Positions 9,907 through 19,842 of a DNA stretch of 64,000 nt are shown here, in pieces. Source of the DNA: Myxococcota bacterium (lineage in GTDB: Bacteria; Myxococcota_A; SURF-8); contig CAXXQS010000001.1 of the NCBI GenBank assembly GCA_963674735.2, positions 2,144,001 to 2,208,000 on the forward strand. Direction: 5' to 3'. The notes beneath the pieces were generated by a model. The model worked only from the letters and a program-made list of their open reading frames with translations. It ran no database searches and was not told where the DNA came from. The translations under genes were made by a program, and so were the position numbers. The first letter of the stretch is position 1; every line of letters starts with the position of its first letter.

Positions 9907-11268
9907 TTATCGGGCAGCCGGATCGACCGGATCGCCGAGTCGGATGCTGGGACGAACCAGCAGCCGACCGTTGCGGATCACGTGCAACTCGCAGTCCTCG
10001 ATGGTCGAAGCCAGCGCTTCGCCGTCGACGGTATCGGTTGTGAAGACAAGAAAATCTCCGTAGTTATCGGAATAATCTTCATTGGGATCGACAAACCAAC
10101 TGCCGCTTTTGGTTTCGGAAATCGCTTCCTCGCCGCCGCTGGTATAGCGGGTGCCGCTATGGTTGAAGTTAAAGGAGTCATCGCCGGCGAGAGTCAGAGT
10201 TTCCGTCACATCCTCCGCCAATTCCAGATCCGCCCCATCGGGTAGATAATAGGCGTAGCTTCTTTCCCAAGTTCCCACGACATTTCCAACGGTTCCCGCC
10301 GTACGCGTATAGGGACGATCGGAGAAATAGACTCCATCCACATGATAGACCGCCTCACGCTTCCACTCGGTGGTGCTGGAATCGGTATCATCGGGAGTAT
10401 CGCCATTTTGATGAGTAGTTTCACTGATTTCGAGATCGCTGTCATCGCCCGCATAGATTCCGGCCTGCACGAAGGCCTCGTTCAAAATGCTGCCGCTCCA
10501 ACTGAGGTCCGAGGCAAAAGTACGCTGATTTCGCTGATAAGTGGAATGGCTCGATCCATTTTTTTGGAACAATCGTTCTTCCCAGTCGCCAACCAAAGCT
10601 TCCAACAATTCAGGCAGAACCAGCACATAAGAGTGCTCCCCGCTGTTTCCGGCTTCGTCCGTCACCTGCACGCCAACTCGTGAACCGGAAGTCAGTTCGA
10701 CTGTCACGCGCCATAGTCCATTTCGGTAATTCCGGCTGACCACGTTCGGAGCCGACCCACCTTCTATATCCACCACGTCCACAACAAGCTGTTCGCGGTC
10801 GGTGACATTGTCACTGGCTTGAACGGTGAACTCGGCTTCTGCCGCCACCGGCAAAACGCGCACCACGTCACTCTCATTCAATGAAAACGACGAACTGAAT
10901 TCGCCTGCAATCGCCACTTGTACATTCTGAATTTCGGGTGAAATACTGTCGGAAGGATCATCGCCATCGGGGTTGTCGCCGTCGGGGTCGTCGCCATCGG
11001 GGTCATCGCCGTCGGGGTCGTCGCCGTCGGGGTCGTCGCCGTCGGGGTCGTCGCCGTCGGGGTCGTCGCCATCGGGGTCGTCGCCGTCGGGTTCATCGCC
11101 GTCGGGTTCATCGCCGTCGGGGTTATCGCCGTCGGGATTGTCGCCATCCGCGCTGTCATTGTCGCCATCGCAACCGATCAGAATCAATCCCATCATCACC
11201 AGTATAAGCAATATCCAAATGGAAGCCACGACCCGATCGCGACCTTTATTTTTGTTTCTCCGAGACAT
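9907..11268 (-). CDS. Lipoprotein with 13x DGDxP tether, Ig-like domain and two possible lipocalin-like (GxW) domains
   Basis: RBS AAGGAG; lipobox LIGC; LVGDWEE and VVGTWER motifs. Confidence 0.75.
   Translation of the reverse strand: MSRRNKNKGRDRVVASIWILLILVMMGLILIGCDGDNDSADGDNPDGDNPDGDEPDGDEPDGDDPDGDDPDGDDPDGDDPDGDDPDGDDPDGDDPDGDNPDGDDPSDSISPEIQNVQVAIAGEFSSSFSLNESDVVRVLPVAAEAEFTVQASDNVTDREQLVVDVVDIEGGSAPNVVSRNYRNGLWRVTVELTSGSRVGVQVTDEAGNSGEHSYVLVLPELLEALVGDWEERLFQKNGSSHSTYQRNQRTFASDLSWSGSILNEAFVQAGIYAGDDSDLEISETTHQNGDTPDDTDSSTTEWKREAVYHVDGVYFSDRPYTRTAGTVGNVVGTWERSYAYYLPDGADLELAEDVTETLTLAGDDSFNFNHSGTRYTSGGEEAISETKSGSWFVDPNEDYSDNYGDFLVFTTDTVDGEALASTIEDCELHVIRNGRLLVRPSIRLGDPVDPAAR
10954..11148 (-). 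repeat. 15-bp coding tandem repeat, 13 units encoding DGD(N/E/D)P
   Basis: 195 bp = 13 x 15; consensus GACGGCGACGACCCC on the minus strand. Confidence 0.95.
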
Positions 11269-11323
11269 GTTCATCTCCTTCGATCAATCCGACAAAGACA
11301 TCCGACGGCTTCATTCCCAGCAT

Positions 11324-11358
11324 AAAAAAGCCTACCGGCGTTTGCAACCCCGGTAGGC
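11324..11358 (-). terminator. Intrinsic terminator after the arylsulfotransferase-like gene
   Basis: GCCTACCGG/CCGGTAGGC stem followed by a T-run on the minus strand. Confidence 0.7.
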
Positions 11359-11381
11359 CGAATTTCTCCACGATTGCTTAT

Positions 11382-13274
11382 TTATTTGATGGTGCGCGAA
11401 TGCAGATCGGTGATCCGCTCTGCACGATAGCCGTTCCATTGCTGAACGACAATCTGCTGCATCTCGGGATCGCCGTCGGCTTCCACTTCATCGTCCGTAT
11501 CGCCATCCACCACCGGCTCCATCGTCACGGTCGGCGGCAATTCGAATTCGAAAACGACGGTGTTCGGGCTGCCCGGTTTCACTTCGGCCACCCGCGGACT
11601 CAGCAAAGATTCCCCGTTGAAATCCAGACTCCGCCCACCGTCACAGACCATGACATTGCCATTGGCCAAGCGATCGGCATCGCCGACAAAGCTGGCGAAA
11701 TACGGGACGGAACCGGTGTGCTCCCAGGTCTGAGTCGCAGTCTTGTTGTCATAATCAAGTGAGAATTGAACGGCCCGCGAAAAGTCAGTACCCGAACGCG
11801 TCAATTCCTGGCTGATATTGCCGTTGTCGAAAATCAGCAGTTCGCCATTGGCCTGCCACTCAGGCGCATGCTGATGGCTGAACCAACTGCCTGATGACAA
11901 AGTGAAATCGCCGTTTTCGCCCAGTTTCCACATCAAAGCGCCTGTGGTGCGATTGACCGCGATAATGTAATCGAGATGACGAGCCGAGAAGATGATGGAA
12001 TCATCGGATGCGCGATACACCAAAGCGTTGCCATGGCTCCAATCTCGGTTGTTCGGCAAAGGGAACCGGCGCAAAGAGCTATCAAAACCAGTGCGCCGAT
12101 AATCAGTGCTGACATAGTCAAACAAGCTCCAGGAATTGACAATCACTCCGGCAGTCGTGATTTCGTAAGCGATATCACCCACGATATTGATGACTTCCTG
12201 CTCGACTTCAGCTTCAACTTCGGCTTCCGCTTCGACTTCAGCCTCTACTTCCTGTTCGGCTTCGACTTCGTCGTCAGCATCACCATCGACGACAGTACGG
12301 GCGACCGCAGGAGCAACCACTTCCTCAACCGCATTTCGGGATAAAGCCAGAAAATTTCCGTTGGGCAACTCGATGATATCATGATGGAAACCATAGACGG
12401 GCTCACCCTCATAGGTCTCCCCATCGAAATCAAGTTCCAGAACGGCATTGCCCATCCAGTCGTATTCGACGATGACCGATCCGGCGGTGGTCAGGATGTT
12501 TCCCCGGCTGGTGATGTGGAAAACACCACCAAAATCGAGGGTATACCAAACGATTTCACCGGCTTCATCAACGATAAGCCAGCCATTTTCCGTACTGGCG
12601 CCGCGTCCCGAAAACGAAACCGCCGTATACCCGGGAGCCATTTGTGCCGTATCTGCAGAAATCAAGTTAACCGTCGGCAGGGTAGCGGGCAGTGCGGCCG
12701 TAGTGAAATTCTGTGCTGTGCCACGTGCTTCCGAACCGGCTTCGGCAGTCGCCGCAATCGGAGTGAACGTATAGGCCGTTTCCGCATGCAGCCCGATGAT
12801 ACCGATTTCAAAGCTTTTCGCCAAAGCGCTGGTCGGTCCGACGACCCAACTCGTATCAGTCCCCACCTCAGCCACTTCCACACTACCGTAGGCATCGATG
12901 TCCGTGTCGAAAGTCACGGTTCCCGACAAGACATTGTTGATGTTTTCAAGAGCCAAGATGTTGGAAATAACCGGTTTGACGATCACGGCATCGCCATCGC
13001 TATCCCCATCGGTATCGCCATCGGGGACATCCCCATCGGGGCTCTCTTCTTCTTCATCCCCATCGGTATCGCCGTCGGGTTCATCACCGTCAGGATCGTC
13101 GCCGTCGGGATCATCGCCGTCGGGTTCGTCGCCATCCGGATCATCGCCATCGGGGGCTTCCGATTCCGTATCGCCATCTATTCCGCTGTCACTCTCATCG
13201 CCGCAAGCCCACGTAAGCAAAGCGATCATGGCAATCATAAACAAAATCGTTATTGCGTTGCTCTTTTTCACCAA
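11382..13274 (-). CDS. Aryl-sulfate sulfotransferase (ASST)-family beta-propeller lipoprotein with DGD tether and Fn3-like domain
   Basis: Lipobox TWAC; motifs FHHD, DWSHGNAL, SHQHAP, LLIFDNG; GGAGG before TTG/GTG at about 13274. Confidence 0.8.
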   Translation of the reverse strand: MVKKSNAITILFMIAMIALLTWACGDESDSGIDGDTESEAPDGDDPDGDEPDGDDPDGDDPDGDEPDGDTDGDEEEESPDGDVPDGDTDGDSDGDAVIVKPVISNILALENINNVLSGTVTFDTDIDAYGSVEVAEVGTDTSWVVGPTSALAKSFEIGIIGLHAETAYTFTPIAATAEAGSEARGTAQNFTTAALPATLPTVNLISADTAQMAPGYTAVSFSGRGASTENGWLIVDEAGEIVWYTLDFGGVFHITSRGNILTTAGSVIVEYDWMGNAVLELDFDGETYEGEPVYGFHHDIIELPNGNFLALSRNAVEEVVAPAVARTVVDGDADDEVEAEQEVEAEVEAEAEVEAEVEQEVINIVGDIAYEITTAGVIVNSWSLFDYVSTDYRRTGFDSSLRRFPLPNNRDWSHGNALVYRASDDSIIFSARHLDYIIAVNRTTGALMWKLGENGDFTLSSGSWFSHQHAPEWQANGELLIFDNGNISQELTRSGTDFSRAVQFSLDYDNKTATQTWEHTGSVPYFASFVGDADRLANGNVMVCDGGRSLDFNGESLLSPRVAEVKPGSPNTVVFEFELPPTVTMEPVVDGDTDDEVEADGDPEMQQIVVQQWNGYRAERITDLHSRTIK

Positions 13275-13543
13275 ACACCTCCTCGGGTATTTCAAGCGCA
13301 AGCGCTCATCCCCAGTTAAATTCTTTTCGGCTATGCCAATCCATAATTTCCAATTTTTGGATTGCAACTATTTTGCCTTTTATTTCCTCCGATGTCAATT
13401 CTTTGCGAGCTTGCGGGTAATTCAAGCCAATTTTAAATGTATCTCAAGCAAAAAGCTCACTCATCTGCTCATGCTTTGGGAATCGCAAGGCAATATGCTA
13501 TACTTTTTCCTCTTTTCTCGGATACCCGCAGGAATCGACTTAA

Positions 13544-15862
13544 ATGCCCTCAACCACGAACAAGATGCAATCATTGCCACCCGATACCTTCATCACGCTC
13601 AGGCGATTGATTGTCGCCACGATCGGACTGCTTGTCGGAGCCGGAAGCGCCGGGATTCTGTTGGTACAACTACCGGAACGGGTACGATACAAGGGGCACA
13701 TCGGGGTCGAGCTATGGTCGCAGCAACCCCAACGCAACGAGGATATCGCCTTTTTCGTTTTTGTCCTCGTTACGGCCTTCACCGCCTTCGGGCTGGATTT
13801 TCTTCTCCAACGCTTTGGGGGAAACAGCGCTCCGACTGCAGTTCCTAAAACAGATAAAACCACCCCCCTTCACCGATTCACGCTTATTCTATCCCTTCTG
13901 ATCGGCGTTTTGATCGTGGCCGCCGAGGCTTTCGGCTACCGTTTCTTTTTTTTACCGACCCTCGACCTGTTCCATCTGGGCGAGCAGGTCGTTCCCGCGA
14001 TGCAACTCAACCAGGGAGCCATTCCCTATCAGAACACGTGGTTCATTCATGGTTTCGGGGTCGACGCCGCCCCCGCTCTCGTCGGGCAAGCTCTCGGTTT
14101 CCCCCTTTTAGAAGGAAAAGTGCTGGTAGACAGCCTGCTTTTAGCGCTGACATGGGCGGTTTACCTGCTTGTGCTCGTCTGGCTCAGTTCCCCCCTCGTC
14201 GGGGTCGCTCTCGGTGCGGCGACCTGGTTATCGGGACTCGATCTCAACCTCCCGCGCCTTTTACCCTTGCTGCTGGTCATCCGCTTTCTAGGCAGCGCTC
14301 CCGACCCACAATCGCTTGCTCGCCGCAGTTTCGTCGCCGCCCTGATCGCAACACCTTTTTCCTTGTGGTTCTCGCAAGATAGCGGCTACACAGCCATCGC
14401 ATTGTTCGTAGGACTGGCCGGGTTCTCCTTGATTCTGGCATTCGTACACAGCCACCGATATCTGGCAGTGGCCGGGGCCGCTGTGGCAGGACTCGCAAGC
14501 GGACTCATCCTGCTTTTGCTCCTCGCGTGGCTCTGGCTGGGCGGAGAAGCCCTGCAAACCGCGTTGTCCACCCATGCCTGGATTCTGGCGGCGAAAAGCG
14601 CTCACGACGCCATCCCCTTCAACTTCCAGGACAAATCGTTCAGTCTGGTTCTGCGTATCCTGCGCCAGCCGATCCTGATTGCTGCCTGCGCCTTCGCCGT
14701 CTTGTCCATGCTGCGCGACGCACGCCGTCCGGATGCCGACTTACGTCCGCTCGTGACGCTGGTTCTGCTGACCCTGGTGGCGACGATCTGGAGCAAGAAA
14801 ATGCTCGACCGCTCCGATCCCATACACATTTTGGTCGGTAACGCCCTCTTCCCGGCCTTGGCCGCCGCTTTCTATCAATGGCTCCCCATGCGCCGCCGAA
14901 TCGTCCCGGCATTGGCGACACTGGCGCTGGCCGTCTGGCTATGCGCCCCCAAAGAAGGATACGCAGACCTGGCCGCATACAAAGTGGAACCCCTCACCAG
15001 CGCCCGACCCGATGCCTTTGACGAACATCTCTGCCAGGACTTCCCCTGGCGTAGCCGCATCAGCGTGCCCGTTCCCAACAACTGGTGCGAGCGGTTCAAT
15101 CCACCGCTTTTAGCTCTGGAAGCCCAACTCGCCCCAACCGACACTTTTTACGATTTCACCAACGCCGGACTGGCGTACTACATCCTTGACCGCCCAGCAC
15201 CGATACGTTTCGTTCAGCCCCTGCACCTGATGAACCCCACCATGCAGCGTGAAGCCGTCGAGGCATTGAAAACCGTTCAACCGGCCGCTGTCCTTTTCAA
15301 GCTGAGCGGGTACTGGGGCGAAGAGATCGACAAGCTTTCGAATGAACTGCGCCATCCCATCTTGTCGGCCTGGTTGCTCGATCACTACACGGTTGCACGG
15401 GTCGTAGAAGGAGCGGTGATTCTCTCTCCGAAACATTCCGGAGACGATTCCGCCTTCATTGCGAGCCCGCCACACGACAATTTGAACATGAAGTGGCTGG
15501 CCTACGCCTGGGGCGAAAAGAACCCCTACGGGTTCGATACCGCCAAGTTTCTCAACCAAGTACCGGTCGTAAACCGACCTCCACGTCCGTTTCCCATGAC
15601 CGCTCCCCACAGCTGGGCTGGAATGATCCTGGAAATCGACTCTCCCTCCCGCGATGAAGCCGGTATCCACTGGCAACGATCCGACAGGCCGGGGCGTGTG
15701 GGAATCCGGTTTCAAACGGAAACGGGTCGCCATCGCTATTTCATTCCGTTGGCCAGCTTATCACTCTGGCAATGGTCCAAACACTTTAACGACCTGCGTC
15801 TGCCGGTCGAAACGACGCGACTCTGGCTGATCCCGAAAACCGCCATGCCGGTCATCCCCTAA
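13544..15862 (+). CDS. Polytopic membrane protein, possibly a GT-C-fold glycosyltransferase
   Basis: About 12 or more hydrophobic segments; early periplasmic-loop-like DLFHLGEQ...PYQNTWFIHG motif; soluble C-terminal domain. Confidence 0.55.
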   Translation: MPSTTNKMQSLPPDTFITLRRLIVATIGLLVGAGSAGILLVQLPERVRYKGHIGVELWSQQPQRNEDIAFFVFVLVTAFTAFGLDFLLQRFGGNSAPTAVPKTDKTTPLHRFTLILSLLIGVLIVAAEAFGYRFFFLPTLDLFHLGEQVVPAMQLNQGAIPYQNTWFIHGFGVDAAPALVGQALGFPLLEGKVLVDSLLLALTWAVYLLVLVWLSSPLVGVALGAATWLSGLDLNLPRLLPLLLVIRFLGSAPDPQSLARRSFVAALIATPFSLWFSQDSGYTAIALFVGLAGFSLILAFVHSHRYLAVAGAAVAGLASGLILLLLLAWLWLGGEALQTALSTHAWILAAKSAHDAIPFNFQDKSFSLVLRILRQPILIAACAFAVLSMLRDARRPDADLRPLVTLVLLTLVATIWSKKMLDRSDPIHILVGNALFPALAAAFYQWLPMRRRIVPALATLALAVWLCAPKEGYADLAAYKVEPLTSARPDAFDEHLCQDFPWRSRISVPVPNNWCERFNPPLLALEAQLAPTDTFYDFTNAGLAYYILDRPAPIRFVQPLHLMNPTMQREAVEALKTVQPAAVLFKLSGYWGEEIDKLSNELRHPILSAWLLDHYTVARVVEGAVILSPKHSGDDSAFIASPPHDNLNMKWLAYAWGEKNPYGFDTAKFLNQVPVVNRPPRPFPMTAPHSWAGMILEIDSPSRDEAGIHWQRSDRPGRVGIRFQTETGRHRYFIPLASLSLWQWSKHFNDLRLPVETTRLWLIPKTAMPVIP

Positions 15863-15900
15863 TTTCCGATCAAGCACTCCAATGAGAGGGAGCACTCACC

Positions 15901-16617
15901 TTGTCCAAGTCATCCAAACCGACCACTAAACACCTGCCCAAAGATCTTGTGATCCTCCATGAAGACCGCGACATTCTGGTGGTGGACAAGCCCCCGGGCC
16001 TTTTGACCATTGCCACTCAAGATCAGAAAACGCGCACGGCCTACTACATGCTGACCGACTATGTCCGCAAGGGTTGCGCCAAATCAAACAACCGGCTTTT
16101 CATCGTGCATCGGCTCGACCGGGACGCCTCCGGAATTCTGGTCTTTGCGAAAAGCGTTCAAGCCAAGGAAACGCTGCAAAAGGAATGGTCGGATGCACGG
16201 AAGAAGTATCTAGCGGTGGTCCATGGCCATTTTAAGACTCCGGCGGACACGCTTTCGTCCTATCTCACGGAGAACCGGCAATTTCGCGTTTATTCCACAC
16301 CCGACACCAAGATCGGCAAGTTTTCCGAAACCGCTTACAAGGTAATCAAGGAAACCCCGACCCTCTCTCTGCTGGAAATCGATTTGCTCACGGGTCGAAA
16401 ACACCAGATTCGCGTACATCTGGCCGACAGCGGACATCCGATCGTAGGCGATAAAAAATACGGGAAAGGCAAACCCGCTCATAAGCGGCTGGCGCTGCAT
16501 GCATTCTCCCTCTCGTTTCTTCATCCTTACAGCGGCAAACCCTGTCATTTCGAAACAGGCATCCCGCCCTATTTCCGGGATCTCGTCGGAGGAATGCGGC
16601 AACCACCCAGCAAATGA
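15901..16617 (+). CDS. RluA-family pseudouridine synthase
   Basis: VVDKPPG, HRLDRDASG, TGRKHQIRVH, GHPIVGDKKYG, LALHA. Confidence 0.95.
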   Translation: MSKSSKPTTKHLPKDLVILHEDRDILVVDKPPGLLTIATQDQKTRTAYYMLTDYVRKGCAKSNNRLFIVHRLDRDASGILVFAKSVQAKETLQKEWSDARKKYLAVVHGHFKTPADTLSSYLTENRQFRVYSTPDTKIGKFSETAYKVIKETPTLSLLEIDLLTGRKHQIRVHLADSGHPIVGDKKYGKGKPAHKRLALHAFSLSFLHPYSGKPCHFETGIPPYFRDLVGGMRQPPSK

Positions 16618-16735
16618 TTTCTCGGCCAATCCGGGTCTCTCTGGAAAACTCCGCCAAGCGGGAACATGAAAAAACGCCACCTGTTTCCAGGCGGCGCCAG
16701 TATACTTCGTTTTTCCGATTGTCGAAATGACCCGG

Positions 16736-17245
16736 CTAATCGCTTTGGCATCCCCCGCGTTTGGCCGGAACACTTCGAACCCGCCGCGTTCGTCCGTTTT
16801 TATCGGTTTTGATTTTCGGTTCTTGGGTCGAGGGCGGATTGACCGGCAGCACGAAAGCGGCGTTCATGACTTCATTGCCCAGCCCAAGAACCCGTGCCAC
16901 AATCACGACCTGGGCGGGATCGGCCGTTTTCAGGAGCAAGCTATAGGTCAAGACGGCCGGAGTTTCCGGTTGCAAATCGCGGAGTTGGCGAATGGGTTCA
17001 CCCTTTGCCAACACGATGGAATCCGGCAGTTTCAGCAAAACCTCCACGCCTTCGAAAGTCTGTTGGAAACTCAAATGCAGGTCGACGTCGACCGTCTGTC
17101 CGGGCTTCCCGGCAATCGAGGCGGGGATGAAGTCTCCCTGTATCGGCAAGGGTTCCTTCGCCATGGATTCACCGACAGTCATCGCCATAAATGCCAGCAA
17201 TCCCAACAATCCCAGGACAGTGGTGTACAAGAAGCGGATCAGCAT
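16736..17245 (-). CDS. Small exported protein, probable single Ig-like domain
   Basis: RBS GGAGGG; N-terminal signal peptide; beta-rich; 18 bp downstream of the protease gene. Confidence 0.65.
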   Translation of the reverse strand: MLIRFLYTTVLGLLGLLAFMAMTVGESMAKEPLPIQGDFIPASIAGKPGQTVDVDLHLSFQQTFEGVEVLLKLPDSIVLAKGEPIRQLRDLQPETPAVLTYSLLLKTADPAQVVIVARVLGLGNEVMNAAFVLPVNPPSTQEPKIKTDKNGRTRRVRSVPAKRGGCQSD

Positions 17246-17263
17246 GGTGCACCCTCCCGGTCA

Positions 17264-19648
17264 TTATTCACAGGAGGCCAATTCCGGGAAATCGTAGCTG
17301 AGCTGGTACAATCCCTTCACGATCCCTCGCAGGCCGCTTTCGTCGTTCTCGCCTTTGTTGCCGTATCCCAAACAGAACCAGCCGTCCAGAAAGTCGACCA
17401 GATCGCGTCCGGCGTAGCCGCGATCGCTGAACTTGGCGTAATCTTTGCCCAGATAAGTTGTGACAACCGGCCAGACACCAATGTTGGTGACGGTATCCTT
17501 GCTTTCGTTGCTGCTATCGAAAATATCCAGCAGCACCGCGGCCGCAATCGCTTCGGATAGATTGCCGTCGAGCTTGCCATCCTTATTGCCGCGCGGTTTA
17601 CTGGCAGGCGGTGTTTCGATGCTGTAGAATACGCCCATGCCACCAGCATTGGTGTCCATATAACGCGTCTCGTTGTGGGCGGTAACACCAAAGAAAGTCG
17701 CCCACCCCTCGCTCCAGGAAAGAGTCGGCTCTTCCTGTCGGTTGGATGAATGCCCACCCCCCGGACTATCGCTCTTGCTGATAACATTCATCACGAAATG
17801 ACCGTATTCGTGCCCGATGATAATATCATCGTAGGCGTCTGAATCCGCCGCCGCGCCCAGGATGTAGATTTTGTTTGTCCGCGTACAGAACGAAGCATTT
17901 TTCCCACCTGGTTTTTGGCCGTCTGTCCAATAAAACGGCATCATGGGCATGGTTTGACCGCTGTAAATACGCGCGTAAGTGCTGCACTTGACGCCGGTCT
18001 CCCAGATATTGAGCGCCGCCGCGTCTTCGTCTTTCTTGATTTCGAAATCCACATCCTTGTTATCCGGTACTTCATTCTCGTTGAATCGGTCTTCCAGCAC
18101 CCAGCTGTACAGTTTGCCGCTCAGATCATTCACCGATTGTTTGAGACGTTCGTTATCCTGTTCAGCCACCACTTCGACGTAATAGCCGGGGACACCATCG
18201 TTCTCGAAGCTGATTTCATACCGACCGCGAGAATCCGTCTGGCCTTCGGCCAGCAGTTCGTCATCATCATCGCGACGCACTTCCACTTTGATGAAACGCA
18301 CCGGCACCATGACGCCGTTGTTGGAAAGTCCCGCAGCCGTGACGGCGAAATCCTCATACTTCACCTTTCCCGAAACCTTGTAGGTGCACTTGTTCTCGAA
18401 TGTCCAACTCACCGAGTCTCCGGCGGGTCCGAGACTGAAACTTTCGACGAGCGGAGAATCCTCACCGCAGAAAGCCATTGTCACTGTCCCGCTGGCCCCA
18501 CCCAACTCGCAATCGGAATACATGCGCGCCTGAACGGTGAAAGTCCCATTGGGCGACTGTCCATCGGGCCAAAAGACGTTCTCGTTGTTTACATTATCGA
18601 TATCGCATCCGGCGTTTGAATCCAGATCGAGTTGGCCGCCGGTTCCGGAAACCTTGTGCCCATAGTAAATCTGCTCGCCGCCGGGTTCATCGACATGAAG
18701 ATCCACATCCGTGGCGGTATCCCACGACAAACTGACCTTGACTTCACCGCTTTGGACCTCCACTCCGTTGAGCGCCAGTGGTTGTTCCGGGCCGAGACGG
18801 CCCAAGGCATCCAGCAACGACACCAGAATATTCAAGGCTCCCCCGTCTTTGAAAGCCGGACGCGCCGATGGCTGGCTGAAAATATCCGAGTCGAATTTAA
18901 GTGTGAACGGAATGGTGAGCGCCGGTCCCGTCACCGGCAGGACGAAATACCCTTCGTAGCCCTGCACCTGAATGAGCGCTTGATAAATGGGTTTCTCGGA
19001 ACTGTAGGTGATGTCGTAATTGGCGCTGCCGCCATTGATGAACGTAACCGGACCCGCCAATGTCTGAATCGATGGCGCTCCCACGTCCGCCGAAGCCGTG
19101 GGGATCGGATCGAAGGTGAAATCCGCTCCAACCACTTCTACGGGAGGATAGCCGGGTTCGGAGGCAATCACTTCGACCTGCCCTTCGAACACTTGCGTAC
19201 CACCGCTGGACAACGTCAGTTCCGCATGCAAGCGGCAAACGCCGCTGACGCCGACATTACCGGAGATGGTCAAGGGTGAGGCTCCGCTTCCACTGGCCAG
19301 ACTGCCGCAACCGGTCCCCACCGCCTGTACGTTGATCGCGCTGGCGGCGGCGTATTCGACGGTCACCGTTACCGTCTCACCCGCCGCAGCTCGTTCCGGA
19401 TCGATGTGAAAAAACGGCGGCGAGTCGATGCCATCCGCCTTCAGTTCTTCATCGTTACTGATGGGATCATCGACTTCCATGGTGTCATCATCGTCATCAT
19501 CATCGTCTTTGTCTTTTTTATCCTTATCCTCGTCACTACCGGCACAACCCGTCAAAAGAAAGACTAGCACCAAAGCCAGTGTCAATGCGAAACGCACAGA
19601 CCTAGCCATGGCGGCCAACTGCCACTGCCAATTTTTCTCATTTTTCAT
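17264..19648 (-). CDS. Lipoprotein with poly-Asp tether, YfaP/DUF2135-like domain and C-terminal zinc metallopeptidase
   Basis: Lipobox LTGC; VSLSWDTATDVDLHVDEP..LDLDSN..NENV; HEYGH plus downstream SEGWA (gluzincin-like third ligand). Confidence 0.8.
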   Translation of the reverse strand: MKNEKNWQWQLAAMARSVRFALTLALVLVFLLTGCAGSDEDKDKKDKDDDDDDDDTMEVDDPISNDEELKADGIDSPPFFHIDPERAAAGETVTVTVEYAAASAINVQAVGTGCGSLASGSGASPLTISGNVGVSGVCRLHAELTLSSGGTQVFEGQVEVIASEPGYPPVEVVGADFTFDPIPTASADVGAPSIQTLAGPVTFINGGSANYDITYSSEKPIYQALIQVQGYEGYFVLPVTGPALTIPFTLKFDSDIFSQPSARPAFKDGGALNILVSLLDALGRLGPEQPLALNGVEVQSGEVKVSLSWDTATDVDLHVDEPGGEQIYYGHKVSGTGGQLDLDSNAGCDIDNVNNENVFWPDGQSPNGTFTVQARMYSDCELGGASGTVTMAFCGEDSPLVESFSLGPAGDSVSWTFENKCTYKVSGKVKYEDFAVTAAGLSNNGVMVPVRFIKVEVRRDDDDELLAEGQTDSRGRYEISFENDGVPGYYVEVVAEQDNERLKQSVNDLSGKLYSWVLEDRFNENEVPDNKDVDFEIKKDEDAAALNIWETGVKCSTYARIYSGQTMPMMPFYWTDGQKPGGKNASFCTRTNKIYILGAAADSDAYDDIIIGHEYGHFVMNVISKSDSPGGGHSSNRQEEPTLSWSEGWATFFGVTAHNETRYMDTNAGGMGVFYSIETPPASKPRGNKDGKLDGNLSEAIAAAVLLDIFDSSNESKDTVTNIGVWPVVTTYLGKDYAKFSDRGYAGRDLVDFLDGWFCLGYGNKGENDESGLRGIVKGLYQLSYDFPELASCE

Positions 19649-19842
19649 GTTTGAGCCCTTATTCAGTGATGGTTGTTAGGTGAAAATTATAGCGCGAACG
19701 GGGGCGTTTTGCAAGGAAGAATAGTCGCAGAGCGTGTGGAGATTTTAGAAGCCAAAGGATGCTGCGTCGGCGGGCACTTCCGATCCAACCTCTTGAAATA
19801 ATTGTTAAATTGAGGACAACGGTACAGTCAGAGAAAACAAGC

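Noticed and set aside
10954-11148. Tandem repeat as a possible CRISPR array
   Set aside because: Units are contiguous 15-mers with no spacers, in frame within a lipoprotein gene, and no cas genes are present.
10878-11356. Arg-rich, SPSGS-repeat and ATTPT-repeat ORFs
   Set aside because: They are alternative-frame or antisense readings of the DGDxP repeat.
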